Part shown: positions 34,004-41,197 of the stretch, in pieces
Layout of the letters: every line of letters begins with the position of its first letter
How positions within the stretch are numbered: position 1 is the first letter of the stretch
Source: a virus
Length of the DNA: 47,894 bases
IMG/VR virus record: IMGVR_UViG_3300031234_000013
Reading direction: 5' to 3' (one strand)
The notes under the pieces: model-generated
The model's input: the letters and a program-made list of their open reading frames with translations, nothing else
Told to the model about the DNA's origin: nothing
Database searches by the model: none
Position numbers and translations under genes: made by a program

Positions 34004-34109
34004 CTAACTCAAGTAATTGATTATATTATAGGTGATTAATAATAGTCTAGTATTGATAATTTATAGTAAATTATATTTAACTATTATACAGGTAGTTATT
34101 AAATAGTTC

Positions 34110-34138
34110 TTGACAAATTGTAAAATATGTTGTACAAT
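34110..34138 (+). promoter_or_regulatory. P2: main early promoter TTGACA-N17-TACAAT
   Basis: TTGACAaattgtaaaatatgttgTACAAT. The leader is paralogous to that of P1. Confidence 0.7.
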
Positions 34139-34170
34139 AACGTATAGTCCACCGGGATCCATAGTAGTAA

Positions 34171-34365
34171 TAACTATAGTACTATATAACTATAGTAACT
34201 ATATAACTATAGTAACTATATAACTACAGTGACTATAACATATAATAACATATAACTATAATAATATATATAATAACTATAGTAATATATAATAACATAT
34301 AACTATAATAACTATAGTGACTATCATGACTACAGTGACTATAGTGACCTTATGACTACAGTGAG
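34171..34365 (+). repeat. Repeat array 2: four ~17-bp tandem units (TAACTATAGTAACTATA), six ACTATAGT palindromes, second-order repeats and ACAGTGAC motifs
   Basis: ACTATAGT at 34173, 34189, 34206, 34276, 34311 and 34338. ACAGTGAC at 34226 and 34332, plus a 7/8 match at 34358. Confidence 0.9.
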
Positions 34366-34481
34366 AGAGATAAACATGATGAACTATAGCATACATAGTA
34401 GATATATTAGATATATGGTATATAATGATATATAGGGATATGTAGAATAGATAATAATGATAAATAAATATTATATGGTAC

Positions 34482-34509
34482 TTGTATTGTGTAATAGTTG
34501 AGCTATACT
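34482..34509 (+). promoter_or_regulatory. Possible secondary early promoter (TTGTAT-N16-TATACT)
   Basis: Weaker match ~35 nt upstream of the first early ORF. Confidence 0.3.
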
Positions 34510-34543
34510 ATAAGTAAGAGATAGTTAATTATATAGGTGACTT

Positions 34544-34690
34544 ATGAACATATCACAGAACATAGTTAATAAGATGAAGAATTTAGAAGAAACAAGACGT
34601 GCTAAGAATTATTATATACAAGATAGGATATTGAAGAACAAGGAATTACAAGAACTGATTATTGAACTTGAACATCATGAATGTGAATAA
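34544..34690 (+). CDS. 48-aa early protein
   Basis: AGGTGA SD plus ATG. Read manually. Confidence 0.5.
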   Translation: MNISQNIVNKMKNLEETRRAKNYYIQDRILKNKELQELIIELEHHECE

Positions 34691-34700
34691 GAGGTGATTT

Positions 34701-34811
34701 ATGGAAGTTATCTTTGGTTTAACTGTAGTTTGCTTCTGTATGGGTCAGCCGCTTTTAGGTTTAGTGTTTATGGGGTTCTTTGCTTTGTTGTGTGTTCTAG
34801 GAGCTAAATAA
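34701..34811 (+). CDS. 36-aa hydrophobic early peptide
   Basis: GAGGTGA SD. TM-like sequence. Confidence 0.4.
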   Translation: MEVIFGLTVVCFCMGQPLLGLVFMGFFALLCVLGAK

Positions 34812-34812
34812 C

Positions 34813-35016
34813 ATGATAACTGAACCTACCATCTATCACTGTGTTGAAAGCTTGGTTAACGACTTACAAGACACTATGCAGGTCTGGGAAGGTGTATGGA
34901 GAGGTGTTGCTATAAGTCCCAAATTGGCGTTGATACCAGTATGGTGTTTTGTTCATGTTAAGCTTACTAATAAGGTTCAAGTATACTGTTCATGGATGGT
35001 TTGTAAAATAGTTTAA
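34813..35016 (+). CDS. Hypothetical early protein (67 aa)
   Basis: ORF track entry. AGGAG upstream. Confidence 0.5.
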   Translation: MITEPTIYHCVESLVNDLQDTMQVWEGVWRGVAISPKLALIPVWCFVHVKLTNKVQVYCSWMVCKIV

Positions 35017-35024
35017 TAAAACTG

Positions 35025-35052
35025 TTGCACTGTGTAAAAGTTGTGCTATAAT
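35025..35052 (+). promoter_or_regulatory. P3: TTGCAC-N16-TGCTATAAT (extended -10)
   Basis: TTGCACtgtgtaaaagttgtgcTATAAT. Confidence 0.6.
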
Positions 35053-35094
35053 TAATACATAGGGTAGATAAATTAATTATTAATGTGGTGACTT

Positions 35095-35211
35095 ATGAGA
35101 ATTCAATATTTTAGCAAATGGCGTCAAGAATGGATAGATTTTAAAAACCAACCTACAAAAGGCGAATTAGCTAGTTTGAATAAATATTTTTATAAAATTC
35201 GTACAGTTTAA
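35095..35211 (+). CDS. 38-aa early protein
   Basis: GGTGGTGA SD. Read manually. Confidence 0.4.
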   Translation: MRIQYFSKWRQEWIDFKNQPTKGELASLNKYFYKIRTV

Positions 35212-35333
35212 GTGTGAAAGAGTAAGAGATAAGGACATACACAAATACCGGAAGGAATCGAGGAGCTAAGAAAAACAAAAAGGATGAGTATTAGATCACT
35301 TTGATTTAATTTCATCTTATGGAGGGACAAAAT

Positions 35334-35480
35334 ATGTTATATATCAAATATCATTACGATACACATTTATGGAACTTAGTTGAGCTGGTAGATGAAACGG
35401 AGTATGTAAGAGGCATCTGTAATTATAAGTTTGATGCAATGAGGATGTTAGCTGATTATGGACACTCTATAATTGATTGA
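35334..35480 (+). CDS. 48-aa early protein
   Basis: GGAGGG SD. Read manually. Confidence 0.4.
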   Translation: MLYIKYHYDTHLWNLVELVDETEYVRGICNYKFDAMRMLADYGHSIID

Positions 35481-35494
35481 TTACATGGTGATTT

Positions 35495-35662
35495 ATGTGC
35501 ACACTATATTACCTAATAGTTTTAGAAAATGACAAACCAGTATTTAAAATTGGAACAATGACACAGAAAGAAGTTGCTAAGATTAGGAAGTGGTATAGTG
35601 AAGACATAAATCACAATTATACTTTTGCATATAAACAAGAAGAATATCCGGAGATTAAATAA
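35495..35662 (+). CDS. 55-aa early protein
   Basis: GGTGA SD. TAATG overlap with the next ORF. Confidence 0.45.
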   Translation: MCTLYYLIVLENDKPVFKIGTMTQKEVAKIRKWYSEDINHNYTFAYKQEEYPEIK

Positions 35663-35850
35663 TGGATACCAATAATATTTATATCGAAGAAATGGACTCT
35701 GATACTAGCGATTATCCAGATTTATATTTCTTTGTTATATCAGCATATTGGAAAGATACGGAAGTTGATTTAACTGAAGACGAGTTAAACGAATTACAGG
35801 ATAAACATGCGGATTTTGTTTATGAGACAGGATTAGATAGATTATTTTAA
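35662..35850 (+). CDS. Highly acidic 62-aa early protein
   Basis: 18 Asp/Glu against 3 Lys/Arg by manual count. GGAGA SD. Confidence 0.6.
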   Translation: MDTNNIYIEEMDSDTSDYPDLYFFVISAYWKDTEVDLTEDELNELQDKHADFVYETGLDRLF

Positions 35851-35858
35851 ATAAATAC

Positions 35859-35886
35859 TTGCACAATTTTTGATCAGTGTTATAAT
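35859..35886 (+). promoter_or_regulatory. P4: TTGCAC-N16-TGTTATAAT (extended -10)
   Basis: TTGCACaatttttgatcagtgtTATAAT. Same -35 hexamer as P3. Confidence 0.6.
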
Positions 35887-35933
35887 TAGATTAAGACATA
35901 GACAATATGAAGTGAGAAATTAGAGGAGTATTT

Positions 35934-36095
35934 ATGAAAACTATATTAGTTAGATTGTTTAGTTTACTGTTAGCTGTAACTATGGTTGTAACCATGGCTC
36001 AGGACGCAAATGCACGCGGTATGGGAGGTTTTAAGAGTGGAGGGTACTCAGCACATGGGTTGAGTCATTTTAAGTCCCTGAGAAGCTTTAAATAA
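35934..36095 (+). CDS. 53-aa secreted peptide candidate
   Basis: AGAGGAG SD. Signal-like MKTILVRLFSLLLAVTMVVTMA. Confidence 0.5.
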   Translation: MKTILVRLFSLLLAVTMVVTMAQDANARGMGGFKSGGYSAHGLSHFKSLRSFK

Positions 36096-36111
36096 CGTTT
36101 GGGGGTGGTAT

Positions 36112-36348
36112 ATGAAAACAATTATATTATTAAGCTTATTAACAATCAGTTTAAACAGCTATGCGGGATACAATGATGTAGCTGATAGTCAGAAACAGGC
36201 TGAAGGTAGTTATATTCAAATACTCAGCGATTCTGGGGAGTATGTTAACTTAGAAATACCTGAAACACATAATGTTAATCAGTTTTCAAACTTTAATGTA
36301 GATCAAAAATCAGGTTTAGCTACTGAATTTGATATTACTGGGGAGTAA
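36112..36348 (+). CDS. 78-aa secreted protein candidate
   Basis: Signal-like MKTIILLSLLTISLNSYAG. GGGGGTGG SD. Confidence 0.6.
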   Translation: MKTIILLSLLTISLNSYAGYNDVADSQKQAEGSYIQILSDSGEYVNLEIPETHNVNQFSNFNVDQKSGLATEFDITGE

Positions 36349-36350
36349 TT

Positions 36351-36908
36351 ATGAGTAAAGTATTAAAAAATAAATTGCCAAGAATTACTTTTAGCTTACA
36401 AGAAGCTATGAATAACCAAGCTTGTCAAGATGGTAAGGAGAAATTCGAAAACTACTTAATTAAAAATAATATTAAATATAATAATAAAACTAGATTTTCT
36501 TTAACTTTATTGTTAAAAAGTAATTCAGTTTCAGATTTTTTCTGGATGCTTAAAAATTTAGATAATGTTAATATTGAACTTAGTTTTAAATTATCTATTA
36601 CAGTAAGTAAAAACGCAGCATATCGGGCTGGAGCATTTGTACAAGAATCAAGAGTAACAAACCCATATAACGCAGAAATGGCGGTAGAAGCGCCAGCATT
36701 TAGGTCGGCAGAATACGCAAAACTAGCAGCAGACTGCTTTGATCCATCGGATGCAGCAGATGCAGCAGGTATGGCAGCAGCGTATGCTGCATACGCACAA
36801 CGAGCATTGGCAGAATATTGGGAAGAAGACGTAGAACAAGGAGACGAAGCGTTTTTAGCAGAAGAGCAAAAACAAATTGATGATATTTTAACTATTATAG
36901 GGGAATAA
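36351..36908 (+). CDS. Hypothetical protein (185 aa) with an Ala-rich acidic C-terminal half
   Basis: ORF track entry. GGGGAG SD. Confidence 0.6.
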   Translation: MSKVLKNKLPRITFSLQEAMNNQACQDGKEKFENYLIKNNIKYNNKTRFSLTLLLKSNSVSDFFWMLKNLDNVNIELSFKLSITVSKNAAYRAGAFVQESRVTNPYNAEMAVEAPAFRSAEYAKLAADCFDPSDAADAAGMAAAYAAYAQRALAEYWEEDVEQGDEAFLAEEQKQIDDILTIIGE

Positions 36909-36910
36909 TA

Positions 36911-37090
36911 ATGAATATTAATTTAATTTTCCAACTTATTAGAGATTACAAGTTAAAGAGAGGATTGGAGAATTCTGATGTAAAATATTATACACAGAAT
37001 ATTAAAGACGCTGTAGAAGCATTGGATACTGGAAAACTAGTAGGAAGGTCTTTTCCGCATGATTACATTGCAAATGGGGGAACTTTATGA
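36911..37090 (+). CDS. 59-aa protein
   Basis: GGGGA SD. ATGA overlap downstream. Confidence 0.45.
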   Translation: MNINLIFQLIRDYKLKRGLENSDVKYYTQNIKDAVEALDTGKLVGRSFPHDYIANGGTL

Positions 37091-37329
37091 AATACTTACT
37101 ATTAAGCCTTTGCATATTAACATTTCAATGTCATGCAGATGATCTTGTATGTCAAAGATTAAATGGAATTACAACATGTATGGGAACACAGGATAATACA
37201 ACACATGTGTCAAGTTCAGCATGTTGGGACACAGGTTTAGGAGCAACACAATGTACAGGAGATAATATATCAGAAAATCCAGGAGTAAATGGTCACAATG
37301 GTGGTGAGTTTGATAGGGATGAACAATAA
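37087..37329 (+). CDS. 80-aa Cys-rich secreted protein candidate
   Basis: Signal-like MKYLLLSLCILTFQCHA. 5 Cys in the mature part. Confidence 0.6.
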   Translation: MKYLLLSLCILTFQCHADDLVCQRLNGITTCMGTQDNTTHVSSSACWDTGLGATQCTGDNISENPGVNGHNGGEFDRDEQ

Positions 37330-37330
37330 T

Positions 37331-37564
37331 ATGAGAATATTTGCTATTATTTTTGTTGTAGTATCAGGAATTATTACTATAATATCTTTTATACCATGTG
37401 ATAATATTATACCTGAAGGATTTGTTATATGTAATAAAGACGGTAAATATACACAATACCGTAATGTAGAATATGTAGGAACTAATGGCAGATCTGCTTT
37501 ATATTTTGTATCTAAAGGTCACAGGTATATTGTTAGCTTAGATAACTGTACGTATATTAGGTGA
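37331..37564 (+). CDS. 77-aa N-terminally membrane-anchored protein (start trimmed to ATG 37331)
   Basis: MRIFAIIFVVVSGIITIISFI TM. The upstream part of the track ORF overlaps the previous gene. Confidence 0.5.
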   Translation: MRIFAIIFVVVSGIITIISFIPCDNIIPEGFVICNKDGKYTQYRNVEYVGTNGRSALYFVSKGHRYIVSLDNCTYIR

Positions 37565-37569
37565 TTAAT

Positions 37570-37737
37570 ATGGCATCTAAATGGCGCGTTAAATCAACAC
37601 CAGACTACGGTAATTCTTGGAATTTAGTATTGGACGATTGTGATAGTAAAGTTGATGCTCAAATAGTTGCTAAGTCTTTATTATTAATGAATTTAAAGAA
37701 ATTCTATATGTACTTGGTGGAGGAATATTATGAATGA
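37570..37737 (+). CDS. 55-aa protein
   Basis: AGGTGA SD. Read manually. Confidence 0.45.
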   Translation: MASKWRVKSTPDYGNSWNLVLDDCDSKVDAQIVAKSLLLMNLKKFYMYLVEEYYE

Positions 37738-37855
37738 TTTCACTATTTATAATATATTAGAAACTCCAGAATATCAGTATATTTTGCCGACAGGATATAG
37801 TAAATATTGGACACATTCTGAATTATTCGAATATAGTAAAACAGAGGAATTATGA
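37730..37855 (+). CDS. 41-aa protein
   Basis: GGAGGA SD. Overlaps both neighbours. Confidence 0.35.
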   Translation: MNDFTIYNILETPEYQYILPTGYSKYWTHSELFEYSKTEEL

Positions 37856-38073
37856 GACAATTTAGAGTACAATTCGATATAAATACTAATAAATGGGTGG
37901 CCCAGTATAAGTCATGGCTTCTATGGCACACATTCAAAAAGTGCATGATATTATCAGAGAGTATATTCTCTAGGGATTATGAGTTCAAAACAAGATATGA
38001 AGCTGTAGAGTATGTTTTCAGCCAGACTAAAGAAAATGAAAAACCACAAGTTAAATACACTGTTGACATTTAA
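37852..38073 (+). CDS. Hypothetical protein (73 aa)
   Basis: ORF track entry. GAGGA SD. Confidence 0.55.
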   Translation: MRQFRVQFDINTNKWVAQYKSWLLWHTFKKCMILSESIFSRDYEFKTRYEAVEYVFSQTKENEKPQVKYTVDI

Positions 38074-38091
38074 ACATGTATATGTAATAAT
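38063..38091 (+). promoter_or_regulatory. P5: TTGACA-N17-AATAAT with TG extended -10
   Basis: TTGACAtttaaacatgtatatgtAATAAT. Confidence 0.5.
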
Positions 38092-38122
38092 ATACAAATA
38101 ACATAATTAAGAGGGCGTTTTG

Positions 38123-38407
38123 ATGGATTTTCAACCCATATTAACTGTTGGACTATTAGTTAGTTTACTAGCTAATTTACAATTATTCCAGGACTTAAGA
38201 AGTTTACATGATAAATCACAGAGAGCATTACAATTAGTAATTGATAATTGCGAGGATCAGCTTCAAGAAGATAATATAGTTGCTAGAAAACAAACTCACG
38301 CTATAGAGAGAAAATTAGCTGAATTAACTGTTTCTAGACTAACTAAAAGTGTTAAAAAATCCTTAAAACAGGATAAAAGTGTTAAAAAATCATTAAAAAA
38401 GGAATAA
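38123..38407 (+). CDS. 94-aa N-terminally membrane-anchored protein with a Lys-rich repeated tail
   Basis: ATG at 38123 (the track start 38120 is TTG). KSVKKSLK occurs twice. Confidence 0.55.
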   Translation: MDFQPILTVGLLVSLLANLQLFQDLRSLHDKSQRALQLVIDNCEDQLQEDNIVARKQTHAIERKLAELTVSRLTKSVKKSLKQDKSVKKSLKKE

Positions 38408-38409
38408 AC

Positions 38410-38985
38410 ATGCCACAACGTACAAGCTCTTGTGATGATTATAATGACGATGGTAACTCATTAGTATATATAGTAAATAATCCTAATGTGCAGAATGTAT
38501 ATTCAATATACCTAAATAAAGAAGTTGGTGAGGCAGAACACTATCGCAAAATGTTTAACTTACTAAGAACATCATCCAGCGATGATAGATTTATAATTTA
38601 CTTGAATAACTTTGGTGGATATGTACACACAGGAATTGATATTATAAATTCTATGAAAGCTTGTAGAGGTAAGACAGTTGCAGTGGTTAGTGGCCCATTA
38701 TATTCTATGGCACCATTAATAGCTTTAAGTGCTGATAAATTAATAATAGAGGCAAATACGTTCTTCATGTTCCACGATTATAGTGGAGGAACAAGTGGTA
38801 AAGGACACGAACAACATGCTTCTATTACACATGAAAAGCCTTTCTTTGACGAAATGTTCCATTCAGTAACAAATAAGTTTCTAACACCTAAGGAGATTAG
38901 AGGAGTCAATAAGGGAAGAGATTTGTACTTGAAACGAGAAGACATTATGAAACGACTACGTAAAATTAAGAGGCTGGTTGAATAA
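38410..38985 (+). CDS. ClpP/S14-like serine peptidase homolog
   Basis: IYLNNFGGY..GPLYSMAP..FMFHDYSGG parallels the ClpP INSPGG..SMG..IHQP pattern. Paralog of 1347..1964. Confidence 0.7.
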   Translation: MPQRTSSCDDYNDDGNSLVYIVNNPNVQNVYSIYLNKEVGEAEHYRKMFNLLRTSSSDDRFIIYLNNFGGYVHTGIDIINSMKACRGKTVAVVSGPLYSMAPLIALSADKLIIEANTFFMFHDYSGGTSGKGHEQHASITHEKPFFDEMFHSVTNKFLTPKEIRGVNKGRDLYLKREDIMKRLRKIKRLVE

Positions 38986-39052
38986 CAATAAATTAATGTA
39001 TAAAACTTGCTAAATTAGGAAGTTTGGTGCATACTAACGGGAGGTGACTAAA

Positions 39053-39196
39053 TTGAAGTATGCACTCTTAGCAACAGTTAGTGTTTTATATTTTGGGCAG
39101 GCAGTTATATATTTTTACACAGAGCAGAAAGGAATGGCACTAGCGTTTGCTAGCTACGCAGTTTCTAATATAGGCATTATTATGGCGAGTAAATAG
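39053..39196 (+). CDS. 47-aa membrane peptide (TTG start)
   Basis: GGGAGGTGA SD 5 nt upstream of the TTG. Confidence 0.4.
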   Translation: MKYALLATVSVLYFGQAVIYFYTEQKGMALAFASYAVSNIGIIMASK

Positions 39197-39198
39197 AT

Positions 39199-39348
39199 AT
39201 GACTAGAAACTTATTAATAGCATTACTTATTTGTATACCTTTAAGTTTCACATTAGCATTAATATTTAGGCAATGGGCTACTGTAGTAGCTGTTCCAGTT
39301 GGAGGAATTATTGGATATTATACGGCCGAATTGGACTACAAGGAATAA
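39199..39348 (+). CDS. 49-aa membrane peptide
   Basis: Two hydrophobic stretches. Read manually. Confidence 0.4.
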   Translation: MTRNLLIALLICIPLSFTLALIFRQWATVVAVPVGGIIGYYTAELDYKE

Positions 39349-39350
39349 CT

Positions 39351-39539
39351 ATGTTTAGATACTTAATGGTGTTAAGGTGCCCATGCTGCAATAATGAACT
39401 TGAAGAGTTTGAACTTCAGCGTTATGATGAGTTTGGAGGCATGAAAGAGGAATGTTACGCTGAGTCACTTAAAGCAGCTTACGAAGACAATGAAGATTTA
39501 ATGAGCCAATCATTGGAAGATTACTTAAGAGGTGTTTAA
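39351..39539 (+). CDS. 62-aa acidic protein with CPCC (start trimmed from the track ORF)
   Basis: AAGGA SD before ATG 39351. The upstream part of the track ORF overlaps the membrane peptide. Confidence 0.5.
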   Translation: MFRYLMVLRCPCCNNELEEFELQRYDEFGGMKEECYAESLKAAYEDNEDLMSQSLEDYLRGV

Positions 39540-41197
39540 TGGCAGTAATTAGAGAACCTTGTGAAGACTGCGGAAGTGATGATAATAGAGCAGTTTTCGA
39601 TAATGGAAGCACATGGTGTTTCACTGAAGACTGTTCATATAATAAAACTCGTAAAGTTGTTAACGACACACCAACAGATTTAGACAAGGGAGTCTATGAG
39701 CCAATTCCTAATCGTAGATTGTCACAACGTACATGTGAGTTCTTCAGCTATGAGGTAGGATTTGAAAATGGAGCTTCAACCCATATTGCAAATTACAGAG
39801 ATACTACAGGTAAAATTGTAGCTCAAAAGATTAGATACCCAGATAAAAGATTCGCATGGAAAGGAGAGCCTAATAAGGCAACCCTATTTGGTAAGCATTT
39901 GTGGAATAACAAATCAAAGAATATTATTATTACTGAAGGTGAAATTGATGCCCTATCGATCGCGGAAAGTCAGGATTGTAAATGGCCTGTTGTATCAATA
40001 CCTAATGGCGCGCAATCAGCAGTTAAAACAATTACAGCCGAACTTGAGTGGCTCAGCGGTTTTGACCAAATCATTTTATGCTTTGATCGCGATGATGCTG
40101 GTCAACGAGCAACTGAGGCTGTTGCTGCCCTCTTTGCTCCAGGGAAAATCAGAATTGCAAATCTCAGCGGTAAAGACGCTAATGAAGTGCTTGTAGCTGG
40201 TAAAATTAAAGAATTGACATCTATAGTATGGAATGCTGCAGAGTATAGACCAGATGGTATTGTTACAGGACGTGAAATTGATTTAACAACATTGTTCACT
40301 AAGGAAGACAGTGGACTTAGTTCTCCTTATCCAATGATGGATGAAATGATACGAGGCTGGTTGCCAGGACGTTTATATACATTCTATGCAGGAACTGGTA
40401 ATGGTAAAACCTCAATAATGAAAGAATGTTTAAGACATTTACGAATACATCATCCCGAACAAGTAATAGCTAATTTCTTTTTAGAAGAAAATTTAAAACA
40501 TACAGTTAAGTCTCTGTTTGCGTTAGAATGCAACATTCCTACATTCAAATTAAACGAGAATCCAGAATTACTATCGGAGACTGATAGAACAAAGAGTTAT
40601 GATAAATTAATACATGATGGAAAAGAAGATAAAATGCTATTTTATAGGCATTTTGGTAGCTTGGATGCTAAAAGACTATTTAATATGTTAGAGTATTTTG
40701 TAATTGGTAAAAAGGCTACAATAGTATTCTTAGATCATATATCAATTTTAATATCAGGACTTGAAGATCAGGGAGAAGGAGAGAGAAGAGCTATTGATAG
40801 GATCATGACGGACTTGAGAGCATTCGCTGAACGTACACAAGTTACATTTATTATTGCTACACAACTTAAGAGGCAAGAGAAGTCATATGGAGAAGGAGCC
40901 GATATTACTGAATCTAGTGCTCGTGGAAGTGGAAGTATTGAACACCTAAGTGATGTTATTATAAGCCTTAATAGAAATAAAGGATCTGATAGTCCTAATG
41001 AAGTACAGTTAAAAGTTATTAAGAATCGTGTTAGTGGGTTTATTGGTGAAGCAGATTTAATAGAATATAATTTAGATACTGGTAGATACTTACCTAAGAG
41101 AAAGTGTATTAAGGTGCCTGATAAGTATAAAAATAAATTAGAAGAAGCTGATAAATACATGGCAGAAGCTAATAACAGAATGGGAGATATGATATAA
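39539..41197 (+). CDS. Bifunctional primase-helicase (T7 gp4-like)
   Basis: Zinc finger CEDCGS..CFTEDC, TOPRIM ITEGEIDALS and FDRDDAG, Walker A GTGNGKTS, Walker B IVFLDHIS. Confidence 0.9.
   Translation: MAVIREPCEDCGSDDNRAVFDNGSTWCFTEDCSYNKTRKVVNDTPTDLDKGVYEPIPNRRLSQRTCEFFSYEVGFENGASTHIANYRDTTGKIVAQKIRYPDKRFAWKGEPNKATLFGKHLWNNKSKNIIITEGEIDALSIAESQDCKWPVVSIPNGAQSAVKTITAELEWLSGFDQIILCFDRDDAGQRATEAVAALFAPGKIRIANLSGKDANEVLVAGKIKELTSIVWNAAEYRPDGIVTGREIDLTTLFTKEDSGLSSPYPMMDEMIRGWLPGRLYTFYAGTGNGKTSIMKECLRHLRIHHPEQVIANFFLEENLKHTVKSLFALECNIPTFKLNENPELLSETDRTKSYDKLIHDGKEDKMLFYRHFGSLDAKRLFNMLEYFVIGKKATIVFLDHISILISGLEDQGEGERRAIDRIMTDLRAFAERTQVTFIIATQLKRQEKSYGEGADITESSARGSGSIEHLSDVIISLNRNKGSDSPNEVQLKVIKNRVSGFIGEADLIEYNLDTGRYLPKRKCIKVPDKYKNKLEEADKYMAEANNRMGDMI

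Noticed and set aside
33544-34039. 158-aa and 73-aa plus-strand ORFs (Cys/His/Tyr-rich) in the spacer region
   Set aside because: They have a TTG start with no SD or promoter and run through the 10-bp hairpin and the repeat motifs. Their composition reflects the repeats. The absence of stops is notable, but they are most likely non-coding. Ribosome profiling would settle it.
34171-34345. ACTATAG-containing units resembling T7/SP6-class phage RNAP promoters
   Set aside because: The genome encodes no single-subunit RNA polymerase. The units lack the conserved upstream promoter half and are too closely packed.
39888-41160. ORFs 39888-40196 (+), 40102-40299 (-) and 40768-41160 (-) inside the primase-helicase gene, and 44998-45342 (+) inside prkA
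   Set aside because: They are embedded in genes with strong motif support and have no independent signals.
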